Shown here: in pieces, positions 31,415 to 46,485 of the stretch
How the letters are laid out: each line of letters starts with the position of its first letter
How positions within the stretch are numbered: position 1 is the stretch's first letter
Program-made: the position numbers and the translations under genes
From: Octopus vulgaris
Lineage: Eukaryota
Length of the DNA stretch: 64,000 nucleotides
Assembly (NCBI GenBank): GCA_951406725.2
Contig: OX597826.1
Coordinates: 27,032,001-27,096,000 of the forward strand
Direction: 5' to 3'
Notes under the pieces: model-generated
The model's database searches: none
Seen by the model: only the letters and a program-made list of their open reading frames with translations
Told to the model about the DNA's origin: nothing

Positions 31415-31744
31415 TGTATGAGTGTGTTTCTGAGTTATTTGATTTCGTCTTTAGCTTGTGGAGCAGCCATAAATTATCCACCGCCCTCTCTGTCTGCAGT
31501 GATGAAAATGCACATCACATGGTACTTCATAATTTAGAATTTGGTGAAAGATTTGAAAGACCACCACAGAGGGTATTATGAGGGTTATATACACATGAGC
31601 ACAGTAGTTTGTGATTTGGGGGACTGTACATGAATGCAGCCTTTAGGTTGATATGCCCTGCAGTGTTCGTTTATAAAAGGAACAACAGGGTCACATATTT
31701 TACGGACAGGGAGTATTTAATATTCTAAGCTCATCTGTATTTCA

Positions 31745-32106
31745 TTCTTTATTTCTTTTACCTGTTTCAGTCAGTTGGCTGCGGCTATACTGAAGCACCG
31801 CGTAAGCTTAGCACTTATTCTATCGGTTTCCTTTAGCCGAACCACCACTAAGTGACGGGGGACGTAGACACAGCAACATCGGTTGTCAAGCGATGGTGGG
31901 GGATAAACACCGACACACACACACACATACATACATATATGTACGATGGGCTTGTTTTAGTTTCCGTCTACCAAATCCATTCACAAGTCTTTGGTCGACC
32001 TGAGTCTATTGTAGAATGCATTTCCCCAAGGTGTCACGCAGTGGGACTGAACCCGAAACCATGTAGTTGTTAAGCAAGCTACTTACCACACAGCCACACC
32101 TGCGCC
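31745..32106 (-). mobile_element. SINE family A, near full length
   Basis: 3' end TTTCAGTCAGTTGGCTGCGGC...; head CACAGCCACACCTGCGCC. Confidence 0.85.
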
Positions 32107-32199
32107 TATTGTCACAAATATTATTGATTTCAGAAAGATGAGTCGTGAAAGCAATCCTGGTGGAATTCAATCTGATAACACAGAAAGATATAACACAAT

Positions 32200-32580
32200 G
32201 AACAATTCTTTTTTTTCTTTTGGAAGCTGGTGCCAAAAGGAAATAATAGTAAAGTCCCTTTTGGTCAAGAATGACCATGAGATTGCACCAAGAAAGTTTC
32301 CCTCTGAGGTACTGGTCGGGGCAAGATTGTTAGAGTAAGACCAGCAATCGCCCATGCATACCAACCTCCCTTCTCCACGCCACTGATATTATACAAGGGA
32401 CAGGCAAAGGCCGATACAGCATGGCACAAGTTACATCACAACTCTTTTCTACAGCCGAGTGAACTGGAGCAATGTGAAATAGAGTATCTTGCTCAAGAAC
32501 ACAACACAGCCCGGTCCGGGAATCGAACTCACAACTTTACGATTGTGAACCTGATGTTCTAATGACTGAGCCATGCACCT
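32200..32580 (-). mobile_element. tRNA-derived SINE family C-related copy
   Basis: Reverse complement reads GGTGCATGGCTCAGTC...GTGAGTTCGATTCCCGGACC...GTGTTCTTGAGCAAGATACTCTATTTCACATTGCTCCAGTTCACTCGGCTG. Confidence 0.75.
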
Positions 32581-32699
32581 TGGCTCCTCGAAGGAAATAC
32601 AGCTATAAATAATTGCATGTAGATATTAGGTCGAACAAGATAGGAAAATTCGAAAACTACCTGTAGAACTCGAACCGGCATCATATGAACACATGAGGT

Positions 32700-33410
32700 A
32701 AAAAAATGTCGCTTTGCAACCACCTGTTTTCCGGTTCACTCCCGCTGCGTGGCATCTTGGGTAAGTGTTTTCTATTATACAAGGTCCGAATGCGATCAAC
32801 ACCCTGTGATTGAATTTGGTATGCGGAAACTGTATAGAGGCCCGTCAAATATATTTGGGTGTATTAGTTTGTCCTTTTATTCTTTGTTTCAGTTATTTGA
32901 TTGCTGCCTTTATTCGAAGATATCAGCCAGAAGAATCTTTGTAAGCCTAGGACTAATTCTTTCGGTCTCTTTTGCCGAACCACTAAGTTACGGAGACGTA
33001 TACACACTTGACAACATTAGTTGTCAAGTGACACAAATACATACACACACACACACACATATGTATATATATCTATATTACTAATAAGAAAATAGAGAAA
33101 CAAATTGGTTTATCAGCTTTAAGATATTAGAATGTTTTACTTATTTATTTAACAAAACGAGAACCATAATAACATATATATACATTAAAATTCAATACAT
33201 ATAAGATAAGAATACAATTTAAGAAAAACCTTAATATATATATATATATATATGATGGGCTTCATTCAGTTTCCATCTACCAAATCCACTTACAAGGCTT
33301 TTGTCAGCCCAAGGCTGTTGTAGAAGACAATTGTCCAAGTTACCACGCAGTAGACTGAACCGAAACCATGTTTTGGGAAGCACGCTTTCTATCACAAAGC
33401 CACTCCAGCG
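32700..33410. mobile_element. Cluster of decayed SINE A fragments (+ 32700-32845; - 32870-33040; - 33255-33410)
   Basis: Partial matches to the family A head and tail. Confidence 0.65.
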
Positions 33411-33798
33411 ATCGGTGTAGAAGGAGTATGCATCTTAAATATAACAGAACCCCTTTTGGGGGAATACAAATCGTCGTGCTATACTAGTATAAACATGTAT
33501 TGTAAATATTCTAACATCGGCACGATCTTTTATTTCCAAATCCTGTTGCAAATCACTTAGGAAATGTTTGTTCCTCAAAAGACCTCTTGACGTGTAAATC
33601 GACCTATCTCTCATTTGGCTGCAAAATTTGGTCGGAAAACGTTCGACTTATATATTGAAAAATGCAGTAAAAGGTACTTTTGCAAATAATTGTCCATCAA
33701 ACGAAAACTGAAAACGTAATTTGATGCTTTCTCTAGCAATAGCTATCTAAATGAATTATTGAAATATAATAATAATGATAATAATGATGATGATGATC

Positions 33799-33872
<74 letters not shown>

Positions 33873-34313
33873 GGCTCATTATGTATTCCAGCGTTACTTC
33901 TTGGTGACTCAGATGGAATCTTATAATTTTTGAAGAAAATTGCAAACTATCAAATTAAAACAATTAACAACGAAATTTTTGTCAAGGCAAAACAGAATTT
34001 AAATTTATATATTAATGAATTTGTAAATGAGAAGGAAAGTATTTTAATTTAATTATAAGCGTTAATGTGTTTTTATTACGTTAGTGTGGTAAGAAACGAA
34101 GGGTATTTTTTAAAAAAATACAATAGTGTAAACGGAGAAATAATTTACTAGATGGGGTTGAAGGTGCTTTGCAGTTATTGGGAATGCGGTTATTAAGTCT
34201 GAGGTGTTTTTCGTATTAGCCGCATTAAATTTCTTCTTAACGTTCCCTCGATGATAAAGATTATAATGCTGGTGTTTCCATTCGTAAAAATTGTTACTCA
34301 TATACTAATATAC

Positions 34314-34670
34314 CCTTTCTATTGGAGGCGCAAGGCTTCATATTTGTGGGGAGGTAACAATCGATTACATCGACCCCAGTGCGTATCTGGTACTTAATTT
34401 ATCGATTCTGAAAGGATGAAGGGCAAAGTCAACCCCGGTAGAATTTGAACTCAGAACGTAGCGGCTGACGAAATACCGCTGAGCATTTCGCCCGGCGTGC
34501 TAACGATTCTACCAGCTCGCCGCCTTTACTCATATGCTAATTAATACAATTTCCGACAGGATGAAAAGCAAATTCGATCTCGGCGGAATTTGAACTCAGA
34601 TCATATAGACGGACAAAATGCCGCTAAGCATTTCGCCGGGTCTGCTATCGATTCTGCCAGTTCATCGCCT
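34314..34670 (-). mobile_element. Two tandem SINE family B copies
   Basis: Reverse complement: GGCGGCGAGCTGGTAGAATCGTTAGCACGCCGGGCGAAATG...TTCTGAGTTCAAATTC...GTTGACTTTGCCCTTCATCCTTTC...AAGTACCAG. Confidence 0.85.
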
Positions 34671-35207
34671 TTCTCCTAGCTATTATAATAAGAACAGAAC
34701 ACATCAGGTAATTACCTGCAAAAAAATGCAGCGTGATCATGAATTAAATACAATTGTGTGACCTAGGGTTAAACGAAATCAACAACAACAACAACATTAA
34801 AAGTAACAACTCTAACAACAATACGATTGATTCTATAAAACAGTTTACAGTAACAGAACAAAAGCTGTTTGTATCGAAAACGTAAATATTCTACAGGAAT
34901 CCGTTAGCTCGGAATCAGATTTTATGTTTTAATACGATTGCAGACATTAATATGATTCTGTAAACGCATTAGAGATCAGTCGAGGACTAATAATGTTGTC
35001 AGAGACAGTTTTAATTTTGGCTACACCATCATCAGCGATCTAGTGAAAACACGAGGTGAAGACTTACGTGAGGGCATGGAAAACGCCATCAAAAAGATTC
35101 ATGCGCCTATGGAGTTTAGCGGTAATATAATGAAGAACAACGTTTCGTAACTCGTATCTATTCGACAAAACCGATTACATGTGTCTGTATTAATGTATAT
35201 ATGTATG

Positions 35208-35263
<56 letters not shown>

Positions 35264-35472
35264 AGTATGTATACATCAAAATCTATCTATCTATATATAT
35301 ATATATATATATACATACATATATACATTCATATATACACATTCATATATTTGCATATACATACATACATATATATACACATTCATGTATTTGCATATGC
35401 ATATATATAAGAACTTATATATTTATATATATAATAAACGAAGGAAGAATGATATGTATACACATATATATA

Positions 35473-35534
<62 letters not shown>

Positions 35535-35699
35535 CTTATATTTAAATACATACACATACTCACACATATATTTGCGTGTATGGAAGTCAGCAGTAAGAGA
35601 AAATATCGAAGCATTAAAAGAAAATAAGCAGAAAAATTGACAGAAACAAAATCAAAAATACGAACTGACAACAACAACAACAACAACAACTACAATAAC

Positions 35700-35743
<44 letters not shown>

Positions 35744-36188
35744 CGTCGTCGATCTAATTGTTGAGGGTTATGGAGGATACCGTCTGACAAGATTTGCGAT
35801 AGGAAGCAAGCAGCAGATAGCTTTTGGAAATAAGTTTGAGAACATTTGCAGCTGCCGCCATCATAAAATATTTAGGTCGTAGCAGATATATAAATAAGGA
35901 AACTACGAAAAGTTTTAAGACATCAAACTGTATTATCTTCTTTAGAGAGTGAAATTGATGGTCTACGTAGGGAAACCAGACACCTTAAACCCCGCCTATA
36001 TAGGTATGTGTGTGCGAATGTATACGTATGTGTGTATACATATGTGTGTGTATGTTTGTGCGTGTATCTGTAGGTTTTCGTGAGTGCGTTTACCTATACA
36101 TATGCCATCACACACTGGAATATATATATATATATATATATTCATATGTGTATCTATATACCATATATATGCGCACATATATTCATAC

Positions 36189-36250
<62 letters not shown>

Positions 36251-36301
36251 GCATAAATATATATATAGATATATATACACATGTATACATAAACACACAC
36301 T

Positions 36302-36334
<33 letters not shown>

Positions 36335-36479
36335 GGTTAAGCACGAGCTTGGCATATCTGCTACATCATTAAAAGAAACAAATGTGTGTGTGTGTTGTGT
36401 GTGGGTGTGTCTATATATATATTTATATACAGATACATATATATATATATGTATATATACATATACAAATATATATATG

Positions 36480-36538
<59 letters not shown>

Positions 36539-37465
36539 ACTTACACACGCGCACATACACCCCCCACACAAACACATGCATATATATATATATGTATACA
36601 TGCATATATGTGTTTGTGTGTGCATGTGTTTGTGTGTGTGCGCGTGTATATGTGTGCGTATGTGTATGCGTGTGCTTATATATTGCCAAATGTCTAATGC
36701 TTTGAAATGAACTTATTACACCCAAACTCATGATTTAAGCGATAAAATGAAATTCCATCTATTGAAACGATACAGAATATGGCGATCGTAACCACTCGAA
36801 GTTTTACCTCTAGCTTTCTAAGGGTTATAATTACATATGTATAATAGGTCATAAAATCACGGCAATAAATTTTTTTTCTTCGAAAACACTTTTAGACTTT
36901 TTTGTTGTTCGTCTATATTTGTAGAATTATTGCAAATAATAGAATATGATGTGTTTGGAAATACCGTATTTGCGAAATATGTATAGTTTAGCATTCTGTG
37001 AAGGTGTTTCATTTTCCGAAGTTCTTGAACTACACGTTACTAAATTGCAGTGTGTTCTTTGGTAAAACAGAGATTTTTGATACATAAATGATGATCGTGT
37101 GCTGTAAATGGATAAAATTCTTTATTCTTGATTTGCGTTTACATGCTCTTCTGTTTGGTCTTACTGTGTAAAATCTTGAGTAAGTAGTTTCTTGTATAGC
37201 TTTGGACTAACAGATGTCTTTTAAATTCAGGAAGGTATGTGGAAGCTCATTCTATATTATTGTATATTCCGGCAGGCAAATTTAAATTTTCAAACCAAAA
37301 TTAAACTGCCGAATAAAGTAGGTCGACCCATACACTAAGACGATTTTTGTGAACTAAAAATTCCATGTGAAATGCAGCCGGAGCTAAAAAGATGGTAACA
37401 GTGTTTGATTGCTTGAATTACATGATGGCACTATAGGACACGTCGACATTTTTGCCAGAAAATAC

Positions 37466-37551
<86 letters not shown>

Positions 37552-38101
37552 TGTGTGTGTGTCTTTGTTTTATTTTTTGTCTCAAAACAAATCGCTTGAC
37601 AGTTGGTGCTGGTTTGTGCCTTATGAATAAAATAAGTGCCAAAATTAAATATACGTACATGGGATCAATTTTTCGATTTAACCATTGAATGTGGTAACCC
37701 AATATGGCCCCAGTCTGCTGAGTAAAGGAGGAATAGTCATATGATGACGTAATTGCATGTTCTAACGTAGTGAGAGCTTATTAACAAATCTCTGAGTAAC
37801 AAAGTATGTGAATTATACGGAGTTGCAAAATATGAATGTATTAATTAGCTTCTGAGAATAGCATTTTACTATAAGAAAACTCGACATTTTATGACTGGCG
37901 AATCTGTGGGAGACAGGTTTCTGGTGTTAGAAAAGTATCTCGAATTTCAAGAGAAACCTTATGACAAATAAGACTGACTTCTTTATACTCAAAGTGTAAC
38001 TGAAGAATAAAAGACTGCCAGCTGTACCATTTATTGAAATAGTGATCATATAATTGTATTACCCCATGGTGATAGATAGATAGACAGAGAGACAGAGAGA
38101 C

Positions 38102-38132
<31 letters not shown>

Positions 38133-38904
38133 CAAATAGCTTGGCATCCACTATAAAGCACTGTATAAGCTATAATTGTACGAAAGATAGGGTATAAATA
38201 CAATCGGCATAAATTATGCATACGTACACAGATAACATCTTCGTTCGACTCCATTCTTTCATTTATTCATATAAAAAACACACAAATTTCCACACAAGAA
38301 CCCGGAGTTTCTACCCTTGACAGGTCGCTTCAACAGTGTTTTCCGACGTGAATTTGCTACCCAGGCATCGGTTAAACGAATTTTCCATGCTAGGATAATT
38401 TATTCACCTACTTAAATATATATATATATATGGCCACAGCTCGTGAGCTGAAACTAGAATCAATCATATATATGCATATATATATATATACATCTGCATA
38501 CACACACTTATATATACATACATATACATATTTAGATATGTATACATATGTTTATATATGTACACACACACACACATATATATTGTTTAAAATCCACATG
38601 GCATGGGATTTTTTCTCTTCTTTGTAATTTTAAACCTATCCAACCTTCAAATTGTGCATACAGATTTCGGGTATAGAGCTGGCCTAATCGTTAGAGCACC
38701 AGGATATAAAGAGGGTTTACAGTAAATTTGCCGCCTTTTCTCGTTCTAATGTCTAATCCTGCTGAGGTCAATGAAGAAAGTAACAGTCTTGTACTCGACT
38801 TGATTTTGTCGTCTAAACTTCACTTAAAATTGCAGTTCGTGTGTCTATATTAACCCTTTCACTAAATTTTACGGTTATTCTAGTAATAATGTAGAATTTT
38901 ATTT

Positions 38905-39278
38905 ATTTCTTTCAGTCTTTTGACTGTGGCCATGCTGGAGCACCGCCTTCAGTCGAGCAAATCGACCCCAGGACTTATTCTTTGTAAGCCTAGTACTTAT
39001 TCTATCGGTCTGTTTTGCCGAACCGCTGAGTTACGGGGATGTAAACACACCAGCATCGGTTGTCAAGCGATGTTGGGGAGACAAACACAGACACACACAT
39101 ACATATATAAATATACATATATACGACGGGCTTCTTTCAGTTTCCGTCTACCAAATCCACTCACAATGCTTTTGTTGGCCCGAGGCTATAGTAGAAGACA
39201 CTTGCCCAAGGTGCCATGCAGTGGGACTGAACCCGACCCATGTGGTTGGTAAGCAAGCGACTTAGCACACAGCCACGT
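38905..39278 (-). mobile_element. SINE family A, full length, with LINE-like 3' end
   Basis: Head, CA/TA tract and 3' end GGCGGTGCTCCAGCATGGCCACAGTCAAAAGACTGAAAG. Confidence 0.9.
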
Positions 39279-39534
39279 CTACCAAAATATAGAATTGGTA
39301 TTTTCTGCAAGTTAACTTGCCTCAAGTAGTCAGACACATCTCCACAAAAGCGAGATAGTTGTGTAATAATGCTTTCCGCAGTTAAAGATAACGAAATTTT
39401 TAGTGAATAAATCAGATTACCTCAGTAAAAGATAAAACAAAAATTATTTACGCTTGTAATGAAACAATAGGTCGTCCTTCAAAAGTAAATCAATTTTTCG
39501 ATTGTACTTTCGATTGTACTTCTCTTCCTATACA

Positions 39535-39601
<67 letters not shown>

Positions 39602-39602
<1 letters not shown>

Positions 39603-39958
39603 GATAAATCTCAGAGTGAGTTATAAACAGTAGCGGTAACACATCGTGACGCATATTTGCCATTTGAATATAGCTAACCCCTAAGGGTGGATGCTACTGT
39701 AGTTTGTAGCCCCAGGAAGATATCTCCTGAAGATACCAACCATGATTGTCACACGCTGATGAAAGGTAAACACCTTGGAACTCGGGTCCGTGTGTATCAT
39801 GAGTTGAAGACGGGGAGGATGACTCCCCTTCACAAATACTGAGAGGACACAGATAGTGTGTCTATAGCCAGCTGGAGGAGATATCTTCCTGGAGCTACAA
39901 ACTACAGTAGCATCCACCCTTAGGGGTTAGCCATATTCAAATGGCAAATATGCGTCAT
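39602..39958. repeat. Fold-back element in (TA)n with about 82-bp inverted arms (39647-39728 / 39876-39957)
   Basis: TGACGCATATTTGCCATTTGAATA...GAAGATATCTCCT / AGGAGATATCTTCC...CAAATATGCGTCA. Confidence 0.88.
39737..39806 (+). ncRNA. Type I hammerhead ribozyme (extended helix I; GAAA mutated to GGAA)
   Basis: caac catgat tgt cacacg CTGATGA aaggt-aaac-acctt GGAA ctcggg TC cgtgtg t atcatg a gttg. Confidence 0.75.
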
Positions 39959-40257
39959 TATATATATATATATATATATATATAAGTATGCATTTGTGTA
40001 TGCATGCGCGAGCGTGTTGTGTGTGTGTGTGTACACACAATTATATAAATATATATTTTCATCTTAAATTATATAAACAATTTTACATTAATCTGATGGG
40101 TTACTCTTCTACTATTGTAGAGTACGAATTTATTATTCTTAAACAAGAATATTATTGAGAAGTGACATCGAAGTTCCGGCTAATTAAACAATCGCCGATT
40201 GCAGTCAATAACAAATAACAACATTCTTGTTTCAGAGTAATATATATACATACATAT

Positions 40258-40321
<64 letters not shown>

Positions 40322-40396
40322 CATACATATATATACATACATACATATACATATATATATATACATATATATATGTATATATATATATATGTACAT

Positions 40397-40486
<90 letters not shown>

Positions 40487-40696
40487 ATAGAGGGAGAGAG
40501 AGAGCAATTCCATAGGTGGAACTCATCAACTTTTAGACATTATATTATGTCAATTTGTTTATTTATTTACTAAAATGACAATTACAACAATATACATACA
40601 TGTATAACATATTATGCTTTACATTTATAATATATAAAGGTACCAGTAATTATTAAAATATATAACATACAGGAATAGAAATATATATAAATATAT

Positions 40697-41445
40697 TTTT
40701 TTTTTTCTCTAGATTCAGCTCAGAGCTGCGGCCACGCTGATGCGCCGCCGTTTTGTGCTACACTGTTATTGCGAAGAACCTCAACTAATATGTGGCACTT
40801 GGTGAAGAATGGAGTTTGATATAGCTACTCTCATTTGCACCACTTGCCGTGAGGTAGGTTCATCTGGGACTCTCGACAGGAAGATGTCCAGCTTTGATTT
40901 AAAAACCGCTACATCTACTTTGTGCAAGTTCCTCAGACTCTTTGGGAGAATATTAAAAAGCTGTGGGCCCTTGAAACCCAGGCTGTTGCAGAAGCTGGTC
41001 CTGAAGCGTGATGGCATTGCTGGGATCTTTGGCACTATGCAGTGTCGTCCCGTTCTAGCATTGGTGTAGCTTACAATGCCAAAATTTGGCACAATTCCTT
41101 CCAAGATCTTCCAGACATATATTACTGCATACCTCTCCCGTCTTCTCTCCAGGGAGTAGAGTCTTAGCTGTTTCAACCTTTCCCAGTAGCTGAGCTGTTA
41201 CAAAGAGATGATCTTCTTTGTGAATGTTCTCTGAATTGCTTCAAGGTCCACTGTTAATTTTACACTGGTGGTTGACCATAGCTGTGAGCAGTAATCCAGG
41301 CGGCTGAGAACGAATGTCCGCCAGAGGACCATCATAGTTTCCTTATCTCTGGTTCTGAATGTTCTTAGGATCCACCCGGCCAGTTGTCTGCACTTTGTCG
41401 CCATCCTGGTAATGTGCATTTGGAAAAAGGTATTATCACCCATTA
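40697..41445 (-). mobile_element. CR1/L2-group LINE, 5'-truncated second copy
   Basis: Near-identical to 4255-4990 (LSRLDYCSQLW, LRLYSLERRRER); same 3' hairpin; (TA)n flanks. Confidence 0.93.
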
Positions 41446-41451
41446 CTCAAG

Positions 41452-41503
<52 letters not shown>

Positions 41504-41602
41504 GATACATAGACACATTCATACATACATACATATATACATGTATGCATATATAAATCTATATCTATCTATATATATATATATTCACACATGCAATCAT
41601 AC

Positions 41603-41692
<90 letters not shown>

Positions 41693-42104
41693 CACGTATC
41701 CGTGTAAGGGTCTGCGATTTGATGGAGAAGAAACTAATATTCATTCCTGCAATGCTTTTTCAAATCTGTCATCACCCAAATTCTAGGCACCATAGGCCAG
41801 ACATTATATATGAGAGTCCCCGATCTGTGTTGGAATCGTGGGCTGTTATGATATATCGCTTTGTGCCAGACTGCATGAGGGTGCGTGTCTGAATAAACAG
41901 AAAAGCGAGATTTTGCCGCTGTTGCTGCTGTAACTGCTGCTGCTGCTGCTGTTGTTGCTGCCGTTGTTGTTGTTGCTGTTTTTGTCTATTTACTCTGAAG
42001 GCGGGGGTGTGGATGAAGAATCAAATCGGGAAGTTGCACTTCTTCATACATTTGATCCTTTGTTTCACTGTCTTCGCAACACATTCTCCCGTACATAAAT
42101 ACAC

Positions 42105-42135
<31 letters not shown>

Positions 42136-42307
42136 GACTCACAATGTGATTCTGTCTCGGTGTCTCTTTCTCATTCTCCCTATTTGTATCCTTTTCTCAA
42201 TTCGTCTTTTTCCTTCATTGAACCGCTCTCTCATTGTCTTTTTCTTCCTTATTCTGTCTGTCTGTCTGTTTGTCTATCCCATTGTCTTCCACCCAGTGTC
42301 TCTCACA

Positions 42308-42340
<33 letters not shown>

Positions 42341-42639
42341 CCGACTCTCCATCATGCTACGTTTCTCGATACCTATAGCAAGTTGATACGTATGTAGGAA
42401 GCAATGAATTGGAGAAAGTGTGTGATCAACAAAACTGAAAGCGGACCAGAGTAACAAAGATAAGATGGGTATAAGAATATACCGATACAACAGAAGAATT
42501 CATGAGTTAAAAAGGTTTAAAAAAAATACACTAAAAACAATACTTGGAAAAATTCGAAGACAAATTCCTCCAAGATACATCGAATTCGGTAGAACACGAA
42601 ACGGTGAACACAGCGTAAGTTGCAAAAATAAATAAATAA

Positions 42640-42735
42640 ATGAATAATAACGAGAACAACAACACCACCAACAATAATAATAATGATAATAATAATAAAA
42701 ACAACAATAATAATGACGATGATGATGATAATGAC

Positions 42736-42784
<49 letters not shown>

Positions 42785-42798
42785 TTAATAATAATAAT

Positions 42799-42883
<85 letters not shown>

Positions 42884-42905
42884 TTAATAATAATAATAAC
42901 AATAA
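42640..42905. repeat. (AAT)/(AAC)n microsatellite
   Basis: Direct reading. Confidence 0.95.
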
Positions 42906-43174
42906 TATTGAGTGAGTGAATATACAAAGAATACGAGTGTAAGAGATTTGCAGACTAAAACAAATGTACAAAAACAGGACAATAAATCATAGATTAGTTT
43001 GACAATAGAAAAATAAAGAAAGAGGAAAAGAAGACAAAAATATTTGAAAATAATGGAGAGAAAACGGTCAGAAAAGAGGGGGAAAGAAAAGTTGATGAGT
43101 AGGAACGCAGACATTTTCCGTCTTTCCTACATATATAAATCCGACATATAAGTAGTAAATATTATAAATATATA

Positions 43175-43210
<36 letters not shown>

Positions 43211-43258
43211 TGTATGTATGTATATATATATATATAATATTATATTATATATAGAAAG

Positions 43259-43580
43259 TGAGTGCGCGTGGCTTAGTGGTTAGGGCATTCGGCTCATGAT
43301 CGTAAGGTTGTGAGTTCGATTCCCGGCGACGCGTTGTGTCCTTGAGCAAGACACTTTATTTCACGTTGCTCCAGTCCACTCAGCTGGCAAAAATGAGTTG
43401 TACTTGTATTTCAAAGGGTCAGCCTTGTCACTCTCTGTGTCACGCTGATTATCCCCGAGAACTACGTTAAGGGTACACGTGTCTGTGGAATGCTCAGCCA
43501 TTTGCACGTTAATTTCACGAGCAAGCTGTTCCGTTGATCGTATCAGCTGGGACCCTCGTCGTCGTAACCGGCGGAGTCTT
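43259..43580 (+). mobile_element. tRNA-derived SINE family C, full length
   Basis: A box TGGCTTAGTGG, B box GAGTTCGATTCC, then GTGTCCTTGAGCAAGACACTTTATTTCACGTTGCTCCAGTCCACTCAGCTG; ends at a T-run. Confidence 0.88.
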
Positions 43581-43589
43581 TTTTTTTAT

Positions 43590-43818
43590 ATATAGAAAAA
43601 AAAAGTCAGGGCAGAAAATGCTAAAATGATTTTATAAAAAAAATATAAGTACCGGTTTCGTTCATTAAGACTTTTTCAACTGTAAGTATAGAAAACAATT
43701 AAATTTTGGAAAAATTAACTGTAACGTATTTCAAAGGAATATTTGCATAGTATTCAAATACAAGGGGCATTTTCCTAGTTTCTGCCTGTCTCTGTCTCTC
43801 TTGTTTACTCTTGTGGGT
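43590..43818 (-). mobile_element. Single-unit copy of the 25719 element with U3:A8 hammerhead motif (43647-43682)
   Basis: Minus strand: cag TTGAAAA agtc-ttaat-gaac GAAA ccgg TA ctt; collinear with 25872-26102. Confidence 0.75.
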
Positions 43819-43823
43819 TATAT

Positions 43824-43901
<78 letters not shown>

Positions 43902-44223
43902 GTATGTATGTGCGTGGTGGTGAGGAGCGTATGAGAGGGACCCTGTGTGTATGCGACGTGATTTCGAACGTACTCACGTATATGGTGTCATTCTTGTAAT
44001 AGGTAAATATTTTATCACATTACTAAATAACGGATTTCTTAAAATTTTGAAAAGGGTAATATTTTCTGACACATTTCTCTAAACTACGCATCTCTCTCTA
44101 TTTCTCTCTCTCTCTCACACACACACACACAAACACACACACCCATCCTCTCTCTCTGAAACTAGCTCTCTTTCCCCCCCTCTCTCTCTCTCTCTCTCTC
44201 TCTTCTAATAATATATATATATA

Positions 44224-44999
44224 ATACAAAATGGGGCAAGAACGCAAAACATCCAGAGAGTTAGGTGATACAAAAAAAGGTCAACAAAACATTCAGATAG
44301 GCGATAGAACGAAAACAAGGACGGGTCATTCGGAGTTTTCTTTCCTCAGTCGAGTTCCAGATTATCTTTGTAATTTTGGCTGGTTGTACTCGAGATTGCT
44401 CTAATCTGGCCAGCCCCAAGGAAAAACTAATCTAAGAGCATTAGATTCCTTGGAAGAAAGCAGCGAATGTCTACAGAAATGGGGACGGAAAAAAACTGAG
44501 AATGGTACACAAATACAAATAACAGGACATAACAACAGGTATCTTACGACGAAGGACGGATTAAATAAAGCGTGTGCGAAAATAAAGCCTTACAGCAGGG
44601 ATACAAGATTTCACAGGCACAGGGAGGAATAGAGATGTTGCATGGACGGCGACCAAACCAAGAAACAAAGGTCAGGTTTGACCGGACACCGGTCACGTGG
44701 GGGAGAGGAGAGAGAGGTAGAGGCAGGGGGACAGAAGAAATAAGGAGGGGTGAGAAAAGACAGGGACTCAGTGAAGTGAAAAGAGGGAAAGTGAGCATCC
44801 AGAGAAGGCAAGGAAATGTGAGAGAGGGGGAACGAAAGAACGAAGAGTGGAATGAACGAAGTAAGCGTGAAAGGGCTGATAGAAAGAAAGAATAGAGTCG
44901 TACAAGATTTAGATAAATATATACTTACATATAAGAGACCAAAGTGTACGTACGCCGATACATATATATAAAATACAAAATGGGACAAGAACGCAAAAC

Positions 45000-45001
<2 letters not shown>
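44224..45001. mobile_element. Non-coding repeat with a 28-bp terminal direct repeat, in (TA)n
   Basis: TACAAAATGGGGCAAGAACGCAAAACAT at 44225 and TACAAAATGGGACAAGAACGCAAAACAT at 44974. Confidence 0.55.
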
Positions 45002-45041
<40 letters not shown>

Positions 45042-45583
45042 CCCTCTTTCTGTTTCTCCCTTTCCTTCTATGTATATATGTGTGGGGGTGTATGTACATA
45101 TATATACATACGTACATATATATTAAAAGCCTGAGAGAAAGGTATGCACAAATACATTTCCGAGTTATTACTTATTCTCACGAATGCAGAAGACATATTA
45201 ATCAAGTTGCATGCTTTTTGTGTATCTAAGTTCACGAAAACTCAGACACTGGCGTGCGAATATACACACATACATAAGCACAAATATGTGCCGGCATACA
45301 TACACACAAAATGTCGCTCACATTCAACTACACACTCAGACAGCACTCAGACAGACGACCACTAATATGAATATACTCACACAGCTGTATATATATATAT
45401 ATATACATGCATACACATACATACCTGTTTACCTAAATGTATATATCTTGTATCTATTGATATATATGTGTGTGTGTATATATAAATTCATATATATTTT
45501 CTTATATATATGTATGTATATATATATATATATATATATGCATATATATTCATATGTTCTACATACATATACATATGTATATG

Positions 45584-45947
<364 letters not shown>

Positions 45948-46180
45948 CCACATAAATGGGACGAATATTTTCACATATTACTGTAATCCGCAATTTTTTA
46001 ATTTTTATACAAAACTAAACATAAAAACGAGAAGAAAACCCAACAAAACGGAATAATAAAAACAATAATTTGTAAACAAAACGCAAAACTAGGCCCTATT
46101 AGTATCTTCTATCTGATGCTCAGAAAACAAAAGTTAAATACATACATACTTACATACCTGTATATGTCTATCTATCTCCA

Positions 46181-46233
<53 letters not shown>

Positions 46234-46241
46234 ATATATAT

Positions 46242-46299
<58 letters not shown>

Positions 46300-46447
46300 A
46301 CAGGTGCACGCAAACACATATATAAGAAGCAAAACAAACATATACGGTTTCGCCCTGTCTTCATCGTCATCGTCGCCTGCGTCGTTTACAACAACAGCAG
46401 CACCCACCACCATCACCATCACAACTACGATGATGACCACGACCACG

Positions 46448-46485
<38 letters not shown>

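Noticed and set aside
34970-35150. About 60-codon open frame (SRTNNVVRDSFNFGYTII...KNNVS*) and a minus-strand exon-like alternative
   Set aside because: No start, no recognisable homology and ambiguous splice signals.
44318-44358. Minus-strand CTGAGGA...GAAT as a hammerhead
   Set aside because: No consistent helix I, II and III with GAAA could be drawn.
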